From positions 64,001 through 104,734 of the IMG/VR virus record IMGVR_UViG_3300049203_000077: DNA of 40,734 nucleotides; one strand, given 5' to 3'. Of this stretch, positions 1 through 11,700 are shown in pieces (the stretch's first letter is position 1; each line of letters opens with the position of its first letter). A program made the translations under genes and the position numbers. This DNA is from a virus (taxonomy: Duplodnaviria > Heunggongvirae > Uroviricota > Caudoviricetes). Below the pieces are notes generated by a model, which worked only from the letters and a program-made list of their open reading frames with translations, was not told the origin of the DNA and searched no databases.

Positions 1-144
1 CCTGCTGCAGGAATTCAAACTCAAGCATTAGCAGGTCAACCTGGTGGTGGTCTACAACAGATAAAGGCTGGTAAGGATTATTACAATAGAAGAAGTGGTA
101 AAACATATTATTTTGATGGAAATAGGCTTTTACAACGTAAATAA
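1..144 (+). CDS. 3' end of an upstream virion/cargo gene (partial, ...GKTYYFDGNRLLQRK*)
   Basis: Frame 1 is open from base 1 to TAA at 142-144; Gly/Gln-rich; lies just upstream of the cargo operon promoter. Confidence 0.6.
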   Translation, partial: PAAGIQTQALAGQPGGGLQQIKAGKDYYNRRSGKTYYFDGNRLLQRK

Positions 145-154
145 TCACCTCTTA

Positions 155-197
155 TTACCTTTACAAAATAATATAATTAAATTTAGTATATTTGCTT
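155..197 (+). promoter_or_regulatory. Bacteroidota-type promoter (TATATTTG -7 box at 187-194) with extended AT-rich upstream block, driving the cargo operon
   Basis: TTACCTTTACAAAATAATATAATTAAATTTAGTATATTTGCTT matches TAnnTTTG; near-identical copy at 14075-14116. Confidence 0.7.
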
Positions 198-208
198 AAT
201 ATTAGAAT

Positions 209-2704
209 ATGGCCATAAGTTATAAATCCACTGTACATAAACCTATTGATTATGTTCAGCCTGTAGACTTAAATCTTCTTGGGAAGGTACTACAGTATGA
301 ACAAGGGGAGTTTGACAAAGGTGTAAGAAATGTACAAAGTACCATAGACTCTATTGCTGCATTAGACGTGGTAAAAGACGTTGATAGACAATATCTTAAC
401 GCTAAGTTGAGTAATATGGTTAACGCTATCAATAGTATTGGTGGAGTTGATTATTCCGATCCTAATGTGCAGAATCAGATTTCAGGAATGGGTAGTCAAA
501 TCTATGGTGATGATAAGATAATCAATGCTGTGGGAAACACTAAAAAGTTTCGCTATGTGCAGAATTACTACAAAGATCTTAAAGAAAAGAAGCCTAAAGA
601 TTGGAATCAAGCTAATGAGTGGTACGATATGAATAAATTCTCAAGCTGGTTACAGGATGGACAGGTAGGGTCTTCTACTACTAGTGATGCGGGAACAGTT
701 ACTCCATATCACGATTATCAGACAGATTGGGAAAAGCTTTTTGATAAAATTGCTAACTCAGCTAATATAGAGGTACAATGGAGTGACAGAGGCTTGATGT
801 ATGTTAAAGATGGAAAGAAATATGTTTCTCCTGATCGTATTTGGGCTACAGCATCTCAAATGCTTACTCCTCAACAGCGCACACAGCTTGCTATAGAAGG
901 ACGTTACACTTATCAAGGTGTACCAATTTCTGAACTTACTAAAGCCTACGATGCTAAACTTTATGAACAAATAGGAGAGGCTACAAATGAATTAAAGGAC
1001 TATCAAACTAAGTTTAAAGGTGCTACTTCTCTCAAAGATCAACAAGACTATCAAAGACTTGTTGCTGAAAAGGAAGCGGAAGTTACTAGACTAACTGCCC
1101 CTGTCCAAAAAAGTGCTGATCAGATTAGAGAGAAACTTTACTTAGACGAGAAATTTAAGGGACTGCAAGCACGTTACGCTTTCTCGCAAGCTACTTCTAC
1201 AATGCAAGCTGCTACTGACAAGATGTTCAAACTGAAGTATGATATGGATAAAAGTAAGTTTGCCTATCAGCAACAAAAGGATCAGCTTGACAGAATGGTA
1301 GACATGGTAGACAAGGGACTTATGTGGGGTACAGATGCATTCGGTAACAGAACTGCTGTCATTGATCCTTCTAATCCACGAAACTATGCTAAGAGTAAAG
1401 GTGGTACAGGGACAGCTGCGGGAGGAGCAAATTCAATGCTCCCTATTATGGGTGGAGCAGGTGAAGAACAAACCTATACAATGACCGAGAAAGCTCTAGA
1501 CACTAGAAAGACTGCTCTAGTTCAATCAAATAATCAGCTCTTTAATAACTTCGTGAAAGACTTTGGTTGGAAGATGGGATGGACAGATGCCTTTGTTAAT
1601 GATTTTACAGATGATGGATTTCTACAAGGCAAGTTTGATGACAGAGCTGTAAAAATAGCTAAAGATTATAAGGACGCGTGGGAGGCCATGCAAAGGGGTG
1701 AGAAAGTTAACTTCGATCATGTAGATCCAATGTTTAGAAATTTCATCTCTAAATGGCAAGAAAATCAAAAAGAAATAGAAGCTATTGATAATTTCTACAA
1801 TCAAGTAGATAATCAAGTAAGAGAGAAGTATGGATTTACTGGAGCTGACATAGAAAAGGCTGCTGATTATGCTAAACTTCAACAGCAATATACTGAACTA
1901 GACAAGAAATATCCTATAACATCTGTTCAAGGAGGTGTAGTTAGAAAAAATCAGGCAGAGTACAATAAAGAGATTGCAGCTATTAAAGCAAAACAGCAAG
2001 TTCTTGGACTTGATATGAATAAATTAAATAACTACATGACTAATAGAACTGCTGAGAGAAGAGGTTTGATAGAAAGAGGTTCTATGAGATTTAATCTTCC
2101 AGGTGTCACTATTTCAGACGACAAGGAAAAGAATACAGCTAAAATGATTGCGGCTAATGCAGGAACTATGCAGTATTATGATGAAGCAGGGAATGTAGTA
2201 GGGAAAGCTACTCTAAATTCAGATAACATAGAACCTATGACAATAGGATATGATTATATAAATACAGGTGGAACTTTTTCAAGGCAGCCTGTATTAACAT
2301 TTAAATTAAAGACAGGAAGTAAAGCCGATGAGTATTCAATTAATAAAGTACCTTTATCCCCTCAACAGGCACCTCTCTTTGGGTTTGGAAGTGATATGCA
2401 AGACATTTCTGGATATAGATTTGGACTACATGCGACAGGTAAAGTGACGGATATTGGTACAACATCCGGAAACAATTATCAGTTAAAGTATGATATGAAA
2501 AAGTACAATTTAGGTGATGTAAATGATAATAGAGTGTTTGTAATTGTACATGGTAAATCAGGTCCAATATCATTATATAATACACCTTTCAATACGCCAG
2601 AGTTAGCTACTCAATATATGGAAGGTATGACAAAACTGAACTCATTCGACGACGCTATTATAGTATTAGATCAACTATCAAGAGGTCAGATATATAACAA
2701 ATAA
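209..2704 (+). CDS. Large virion cargo/ejection protein, first gene of the crAss-like vRNAP cluster (831 aa)
   Basis: Helical, Cys-free ORF directly upstream of the vRNAP gene (2-nt gap); same position as the gene preceding the RNAP in crAss-like phages. Confidence 0.7.
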   Translation: MAISYKSTVHKPIDYVQPVDLNLLGKVLQYEQGEFDKGVRNVQSTIDSIAALDVVKDVDRQYLNAKLSNMVNAINSIGGVDYSDPNVQNQISGMGSQIYGDDKIINAVGNTKKFRYVQNYYKDLKEKKPKDWNQANEWYDMNKFSSWLQDGQVGSSTTSDAGTVTPYHDYQTDWEKLFDKIANSANIEVQWSDRGLMYVKDGKKYVSPDRIWATASQMLTPQQRTQLAIEGRYTYQGVPISELTKAYDAKLYEQIGEATNELKDYQTKFKGATSLKDQQDYQRLVAEKEAEVTRLTAPVQKSADQIREKLYLDEKFKGLQARYAFSQATSTMQAATDKMFKLKYDMDKSKFAYQQQKDQLDRMVDMVDKGLMWGTDAFGNRTAVIDPSNPRNYAKSKGGTGTAAGGANSMLPIMGGAGEEQTYTMTEKALDTRKTALVQSNNQLFNNFVKDFGWKMGWTDAFVNDFTDDGFLQGKFDDRAVKIAKDYKDAWEAMQRGEKVNFDHVDPMFRNFISKWQENQKEIEAIDNFYNQVDNQVREKYGFTGADIEKAADYAKLQQQYTELDKKYPITSVQGGVVRKNQAEYNKEIAAIKAKQQVLGLDMNKLNNYMTNRTAERRGLIERGSMRFNLPGVTISDDKEKNTAKMIAANAGTMQYYDEAGNVVGKATLNSDNIEPMTIGYDYINTGGTFSRQPVLTFKLKTGSKADEYSINKVPLSPQQAPLFGFGSDMQDISGYRFGLHATGKVTDIGTTSGNNYQLKYDMKKYNLGDVNDNRVFVIVHGKSGPISLYNTPFNTPELATQYMEGMTKLNSFDDAIIVLDQLSRGQIYNK

Positions 2705-2706
2705 TT

Positions 2707-5700
2707 ATGCCACAACAAGACCCAATAAAACCGGGACAAGTAACAAATCTTCCACAGAACAATTACGATCCAAATGCTGAAGCAGGTAGAGTAGTAAATA
2801 AACTTCCATATGTTGCTCCTCCAACTGCTCTTAACTTATTGTTTAATAGTACAGCTCCTACTACTGCAGAAGGTGCTAGTAAGGTGAATCCTGCTTACGC
2901 ATTATATATTAACACATTAAAGAATGCTAATGGAAAACAGGCCTTTTTAAGTCAGCCTTATTACACACCTGAGACAATAGCAGGACGATATGGGGATAAG
3001 GAAATAGGTGGTTATCATCCATATGACATGAACCTTGAAAATTGGTATGGAGATAATCAAAGCTGGTTTAATCAATGGGGAAATCGTCTTGGCAAGCTTG
3101 GAACAAAGGCAATAGGTAGCTTTGCTAATTCCTTAATGGACATTCCAAACATTATAGCTCAATCAGCAACAGGACAAATGTCTCTGGATAAGATGTGGGA
3201 TAATCCAACAAATAGTTGGGCTACTGATCTTATGGAGTGGAGTGAAAAAGCTATGCCTAATTATGAGACAAATTGGGAAAGAGAGCATCCTTTTGCTAAT
3301 CTTATTCCTATTTATGGTGCTCTTCATGGCGGTAGTGCTGCAAACAGCTGGGGCAAAGCAATAGAGAATCTTGGTTTTACTGTGGGTGCTATTGGTGGAG
3401 CTGTAGTAGAAGACTTAATTGTAGGTGGATTAACAGGCGGGGTAGGTGAAGTACCTCTTGCTGCTATGCAAATAAATAAAGCTGTTTATAAGCTAGGTAA
3501 GCTTGTTAATGCAGGAGAGGATTTCTTAGGAGCACTTAAGTCTAACATTAGAAATGCTGATGATATTGTAAAAGGACTTAAAGGAATAGATAGATTCAAT
3601 TATGCTGTTCGTCAAGGACTTTGGGGAGCTAATATGATTACATCAGGTATCTCTGAAGCTGCTTTTGAAGGTATTGAATCTTACAAAACACTATCTAAAG
3701 ACCTTCAACAAAAATATTTTGAAGAAACAGGTAAAGCTCCTTCTTTTGAAGAAAATCAAAAGATAGACGCTCTTGCTAGAGATGCTGCTAACTCTCGTTT
3801 CTTATTAAATACTGCTTTATTAGCAGCAACAAATAGTATTCAATGGGGTAATCTGTTTCGTCCTCTAAACGCTACTAAAGAACTTCTTGAAGCAGAAGCT
3901 AAACAAGGTGTACGTATAGCATTAAAGGAAGGAAGTGTGGACGCTTTCGAAGCTGTAGAACATACTTCCAGACTAGCTAAATGGGGAAAGAACCTTACCG
4001 ATAATAAAGTATCTCAAATTCTATTTGGCTCATCTTCTGAAGGATTTGAAGAAGGCGCTCAATATATTATTGAGAAAGGTATTAACGATTTTTACAAAAG
4101 GAAGTATGAAGATAAGAATATCACTCTTACTAACAACTTTTTAAAATCGTTTGGTACAGGTTTAGCTGAAACATTAGGTACTAAGGAAGGTTGGGAGAAT
4201 ATAGTTCAGGGCCTTCTAGGTGGTGCACTTTATAAAGGTGGGGAACATGCGTATTACAAGGCAAGAGGTATAAATAACAATCCTAACTACAAAAAACAAA
4301 TAGATGCTGTAATTGATGGACTAAACTCCCAATCTCTTACAGGTATATTTGAGAATAAATACGGCACTGCTGTTGAAGCTATGTCTATTCAGCAGGACTT
4401 GCAAGATGCTGCTGCTAAGAATAATGTATTTGCATATAAGAACTATAAGCACGATCAGTTTGTAAACTTTGTTTTAAGTGGTATTCAACAAAATAAGTTT
4501 GATACCCGCCTTGAACAACTTCAAGAATTAAAGAAGCTTGAGGGTTCTGAATTTGAAAAAATGTTTGGTATTCCTTCTAATACAGAGAACAAAAAAACTG
4601 TGTCTGAATATGTAGGCAAATTGGAAGAAAATGCTAAGTATATAAAGGAAATTCACAAAAGGGTATCTCGTACATTTGTTAATCCTTATCAGCTTAAAGG
4701 AACAGGTAACTACAAGAATGCTGAAGAGAAAAAGAGACAAGACGAGGAGAATGAGAAGCACATCATTTACGAGAAGGTAAAAAATGAGCTTGTTCGCTTA
4801 ATGTCTATTTCTAAGGACTCGGCAGATCGCATTAGAGATATGCATAGTCAGATTACTTCTATGCAGACTGTTGTAGACCCTTCAACTGTTATTAAGCTTT
4901 CTTCAATAGAAGGGATACAAGATCTCAAAAAGGAATATAAAGAAAAATTAAAACTTGCTGAGGAATCACTTAAGCTTGCTCCCAATGATGCTAAAAATAA
5001 AAGGGATGTTAAGTGGTATTCTAAGAAAGTATCTGAGATAGAAGATGTTACTAATGAGAAAGATGAGAAAACTCAAAATGTTAAATACAACAAATTTCTA
5101 AATGATGTATTTGATAGAACACAAAAAGAAGATAATAAGTTCTATAAATTATATGGTACTGACTCTCAGAAGTTGTCTGTAGACACTCCTTTTCCAAGAG
5201 ATGTTATTAAGGATTTAACTGATTTGGGAAAAGATATTTATTACTTACAAAAAAGGAATGAGGTTGCCGTTGATAGATATGCTAGTTTAACTACTAAAGG
5301 AGGATTTAAAGAGCACTTTGATAAAGAGGCTACTGCAAGAAAGGAGGCTAATGATTTATTAGTTAATCTACAACAACCTCAGACACAAGGACAAGCAGCG
5401 CAACAACAAGCAGCATTTAATGCTTCTCAAGTACAACAAAATCAAGCACCTACTCCTCAGCCACAAGCAGCTACTACAAATACAACAGCACAAACTCCTT
5501 CTTCTCAACCACCTACAGCAATTCCTCAACAACAAGGATATGTTGAAGAACTTGGTATAATAAAAACAGCAGACGAGGAAAGAGCTGAACTCATCACTTA
5601 CATGATTGAGGCTATTGACGAAAAGAGAGTCTTAAGTGAAATAGAAGCTGAAATCTTAGGCTTTAAGACTATTGACGATTTAAAGTTTGATAATCCTTCA

Positions 5701-8700
5701 GTTAAAGTAGAGGATTATGAAAAAATTAGAACTCAGTCAAAAAGGCACTACTACCTTCACAAAGACACCATAAAGGCTGGTAGAGAGTTCCTAGAAGAAT
5801 ATAACAAAAGACCTTCTACAATATCTAATTTAGTATCTGAGATTGAGAAGAAAAGGAAGGACGCGTTACAAGGTATTAAATTATCGGATGTACAGGTTGG
5901 AGATAAACTACAAGTTTCTTCAAACTTGTCCGGAGGATTTAAAAATAAAGATGTTGTAGTTACTAGAAGATCAAAACTGGGAGTTCAATTTGATAACGAA
6001 AACGTATGGTATAACTTTAAAAATTCTACACTTTCTATAGTTAATTTTAAAAACTATAGTCAAGAAGAAAGAATTAACGCTAAATATGATGCAGAGTTAG
6101 CTGTACTAAGAGGGGGAGCTTCTCAAGAAAGCAATGAAAATCAAGGTGGTGCGCCTCCTATCACTCCTAATGATCCACCTCCTACTACAGGAACAGGAGG
6201 ACTTAGGACTGATGACTTCATGGCAAAAGTATTTGTTCCGGGAGATTTAAAACTCTCGTTTAACAATGCTATATTCTCAGGAACTAGGGATCAAGTTAAG
6301 ACTGGAATGAGTATTCGTGTAAGACCACTGGAGCCTCAATTCCAGCAGCAATTTGATCAACAATCTGCTACAAGATCATATACACAAATGACTGGATTTC
6401 CAGGAGTATATGTGTCTAAAGCACCTGTTGATATTTCTGTTTCACACTTTAATGGTATCGAAGTGAATGAAATAGGTAAAGTAGCCTATCCAAAGAGACT
6501 TTTGTTTAGAGTAGGTAATGACTTTGTTAACATTGACAGGCTTACTCCTGAGCAATATCAACATTTCACTGGCAGGCCAGCAGCTCAACATGCTGCTGAT
6601 GTAGAAGAATATAACAAACAAGTAGCTTTTACAAACTACTTAGCTTTAAGATTTAGAAATAACAATCTACAAGAAATTACTCTCACTCCACAAGAGATTA
6701 ATGAGCTTCTTGATATTGTTATTACTTATGGAGAGTTGGACCTTATACCAGTTGGCCAAGAAAGACCATTATATAATCAGCTAAGACGCAACACTGTATC
6801 TCTTCCTATCTCAACAGGGGGAACATTAAATACAATGGTGATACTGTCTGCTCCTAAACGTCAGATGGATGAAGATGGTGTAATGGTTCGTGAAAGAATA
6901 GGAAGTATCAATCCTATCTATGGACAAAATTTCTATGATAATTCAAGTGCAGATGATAGTGTTATTTTAGATTTTATCAGTAATTCGGCTGACAGTATTA
7001 TTAAAGTGAATTCTCGTTACATAGGACTAGTATCTAAACCAGATGGTAGTTTTTCTCTTATTGCTCTACGTCCAGCAGAAATGGACACTGCTGCTAAAAC
7101 AAGTTTACTCCAAACTCTTATAGATAGATCAACAGAGTCTCTTAGGACAAACTTTGTTCCTTCTACAAAGGAGGAGTCTCCTAAGAATGTATTATTAATA
7201 GGTAATGATGAGGTTTACTATAAACTTCCAAGTGACGCTGCTAAAGACTATAATAAAGATTTCAATGACAATATAAATAATCAAGTGTTTATTTCAGATC
7301 CTAATGGTAAAGTGTGGTTTGAAATTACACTTAGTCCAATTGGAGCTCTTCGCTTGGATATTCATGAACCTAATTCTGGATATAGAAATCGTCTTATTGT
7401 TGCTCCTCAAAAGGTTGGAAAACTTGATTCTTTCCAAGCAATGATTGATGCATTTAATAATGAATTAGTAAAGAAAGAAAAAGATGATGAAACTCTCAGA
7501 GGACTAGCAATAAGACTAAACAGTAGTAACTTTAGGCAAAACATAGCTGATGATAGTAATATTCCTAATGCTGAAGCATTGGCTTCTCAACTAACTGCTG
7601 CTACATCTACAGAGGTATTTAAGAACGGAACAATGAAACTTGTTCCTGATACTGGAAATGTAGCATCAGCTTATAAAAATGCAAGAGGTAGCACACAACA
7701 GGCTACTCCTGAACAAACAGCTCAAGAACAGCCTCCTGTTGCTCCTGAAACTCCAGCTACTCCAGCAATGCCTCAAGGGCTTACTTCTCTTACAGAGCAA
7801 CAACCTCAGGAGTATGGTACACTAGAAGATGTGTTTGGTCCCCAGATTCCTACTGGAATGTTTCAAGGTATGACAGGAGTTCCTGTAGATGAATCAGGAA
7901 ATCCTATTGCACCTATAGAGACTGCTCCTCAAAATCAAGAGGAAGCACAAGGAATTGTTTATACATCTGTTAAGGAAGCATTAAATGCTAATGACATAGA
8001 CTATAGAACAGTAGAAGGTGAAACTCAGTTCTTTAATATTAGTACAGGCCAATTACTTGATCTTCCTGGAGTAGCTCCAAAGGACTTAGCTGATTCTATG
8101 GGACTTACTATTGCACCTCAACAAAGACCTCAGAGAGGTACAGGATTTGACTTTATGCGTTCTGAGCAAAATCTATCTACATTAAACAACATGGTAGATT
8201 TTGAGAATGCTAGAGTGTACATCAATTCTATTCTTCCCTCATTTATTAGTGTGGAGGACATGGATGCTGTAATGAATAAGATTAGAGAGCAAGGAATTGA
8301 AAATCCTGAGAAAAATGTTTGGGGAGCTTTCAAGGATGGGATCATCTATCTTAATAAGCAAGCTCCATCAGCAGGACAAGAGTATCATGAAGCATTCCAT
8401 GCTGTATTTAATTCATTCATTCCTCAAGAAGAACAAAAGTCTCTTCTTAACTATGCTAATGATGAGCTTTACAAAAAGCTTAAGAAAGAAGGAAAATCTA
8501 TTAGAGAATATATTAATGAACAGCGTAAACAAGGAGTATGGACAAATATTTCTGATACCCATGCAGCTAATAAAGCAGCTGAAGAATGGATGGCAGAAAA
8601 GTTTCGCTCATGGAAAAATAAAAAAAAGAACGCAGGTATTCTTCAAAGACTATTTGATTTAATTGATAGATTTTTTAGATGGATAACTAGAAATCAAAAT

Positions 8701-11700
8701 GATCTTAATGCCCTATTCCACAAAATAGATACAGGAGGGTATAAATATTCTAATATAGCTGCTAACTCCTTCACTCAAGAGACAACTGAAGACACTAATA
8801 TTCAGGAGTTTAAATTCATGCTTGTTCCTGCTCGTCCTACGCAAATGGCAGTCGGTAGAGGAACTATTGAAGTAAAGAGAAATCTTGATGCTAAGACATC
8901 TACACAAGTGATTCAAAATGTAGCTGCTTACTTTGAGATGTACAAGAGAATGGGAGAGTACCAGCTGTCTGATGAAAAGTTATTAGACCAAATATTGGAC
9001 GACCTAAAAACTACATACAGCGCAGATAATCCTCTTTATGAAGGAATGACTCAAGAGCAATTAAATATAATAGCTAACTCTGACGAAAACTATATTTATT
9101 CAAATGACGAGACAAGAGCTATTATAAAAGAAGGTGCTAAAGAGTACATTAATTCAATGAATTATTTTGAACAATTCCAGTCTGAGGAACTTGAAGATCA
9201 AGAACAGGATACAGGTGCACCAAGAACTGGATATGATAATAGCTCTGAGAATATTGGAGGATTTAGCTCTCTTCCAGGAATGGTTCGTCATTACTTAGGG
9301 TTTACATCTTATCCTGTAACTAATAGATTTGGTCAATCTACATTAGCTAATGGTAAGCCCGTAATAGCTACAATTGATGCTGTATCAGTTTACTATGGAT
9401 TACTACGTGCTACAGCTAATATCAATGATCCTGTCAGATTCTTTCAGAGAATGATACGCTTTGCTGATAACAATGAGCAGAGTCGTCACTTTGTTAAGAA
9501 ATTCCTCGTTGATACAGGACTTAACGAAGACGCATTAAATGAAGGTAGAATTGAGGCTACCAGAAATAAAGCCTTAGTTGAGCAGGTAAGAAAAGCATTT
9601 AATAAGTATCGTATTGATTATATATTTACAGAGTATGACATGAAGAAGGGTAAATATCGCTCTTATCATGCAAATCGTAGAAATGTAGAAAATGTACAAT
9701 TCGATAAATGGTCTAATGTATTTATTGATGGATACTCTGAGATGAGTGCTGACCAGCAGGCTACTATACGCAGAACTATTGATAACATAAGAAACAGATA
9801 CTTTGATCCAAGAAGGGCTACAAAGAGAACAGCTGATGAAATCAATGTGATAGTTACTGAAGTAAGGAATGCTCTACTTTCAGTAGGTATGCAACTGTCA
9901 TTCGACTATATAAGATATTCATTATTAAGTATTAATGCTAAAAGATTTGATACTCTAAATAAAGAATATAAAGCTCAGGGAGCAGAATTACAGGTTGATG
10001 ATCCACAAAACACATTTATTTCTAAAGCTGATTATAACTATGTTCAGGTAATGAAGATTGCTGATGAAGTTACTTTGAGTAAAGAGTTTATGGATGAGCT
10101 TTCTAGGTCTTTATCAGCTAATGAGAACCCTTATTTTCGTGTATTAAGAGAAGGTGAAGATATTGATGAGGAAGAAGAAAAGTCAAAGGGTGGTATGGTG
10201 ACACGTATCTCAAATGTCGCTAAGGGTAATGCTTTATTTGATGAAACTGTAGGTGAGTCTTCTTATATGAATGCTGATGATAAATTAGTATTTGCTCACC
10301 AAGATGGTACATTTAATGTTAAGGCCTCTTATGCACTTAGAGATGCTGAAACCAGAAGAAGACTTAGAGAGACTGGTATAAGAAATGAGGCTTCTGCAGC
10401 TACAGATTCCTACGATTCTGCATGGTTAACAGATAACTACTTGTTAAACTCTGCTTCATTTGAAGCAGTAGCAGATAATCTATTGTTTCAGAATATAGAT
10501 GGTATTCGTGCTGTAGAAACAAATAAAGAAGGTAAAGTAATTACAGAGGAGTTTAGAGACCAAAAAGAAGGTGTTACCTATGGTTCTTATTCTCCTAGAG
10601 AATTCTTTATTAACCTTACAAATATGTATATCTCTTATGCTAAAGTTCAGAAGACAGCAGCAGGAGATGTTATTACTACTCCTCATCTAATTCGTGTACT
10701 TGAAGCTTCTAAAACAGCTAACACTGTAAACCTACCTATCAACTTAGATGTTTATAGAGAAGGTACAGTAACAGAGAAAACTGCAGATATTCTTTTTAAG
10801 GAGGTGCAAAAAGAGTTCAACAGAATAAAAAGAGTGCAGGGTGAAGTAGGAACTTTAACAGATAGTATAGTGGAAAATTATCATACAGGTAGTTTTGAAG
10901 ATGATGGATTTACTGTAAGAAAGGGTTATCGTGGCCTGAAGTTTACAGATAACATGACTTCCTTATTGACTAAATCTACAGCTAATCTACTTGAAAGGAA
11001 AGCTCGTACAAACCTAGAACTATCTCAAGAAGATGTTGCTACTATTAAACAAGAGATTAAAAACTCTTTAAATAAGATGGTAGATGACGCTATTGATCTG
11101 ATGGTAGCTGAAGGTATTATTAAGATAGGACCTAAAGGTTCTTATCAAAACGTACTTCTTCATCGCGAGTTCTTTGTTCAAGGTAAAGATAGTTTAGGAC
11201 TGAACTTACAAAGTGTTGATAAAGGAGTAAAATTTAAAACGAATATAGGACATGTTCTCATAAATGACTACATTAATACATTAGCGTATAATCAGATTCT
11301 TCATGGTGATCCTGCGTTATCGCTAAAGAATGACGGTGGTATTGATGCTGTAAAACGTGCCAAGGGTGACAATGCTGCAATCACTTCTATTAGAACTGAT
11401 TTGACAGCTCCAGAGCTTGGAATTACTGAAGCATTTACACATTCAAGTGTAGCTATTTTTAAGGAACCTGTTGCTCCAGATGGAACAAAGGTAGCCGATG
11501 CTCAAATGTATGCTACTGTACGTGCTCTTCGTTATACATTATGGGGACTTGGTAGACTTTCTCCACGTTTAGCTAGATTTTTAGACGCCTTAGAAAGAGG
11601 AGATGATATTCACAACTTAACAGATTCAAATGGTGAAACTTATGATGGAGTGTTTGATGATAGTAAAGGCATCTTAAGATGGGATGAAATGACTAACTCT

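Noticed and set aside
5370-7950. Gln/Pro/Thr-rich stretches in the vRNAP gene as DNA repeats
   Set aside because: Low-complexity protein linkers without a regular nucleotide repeat unit.
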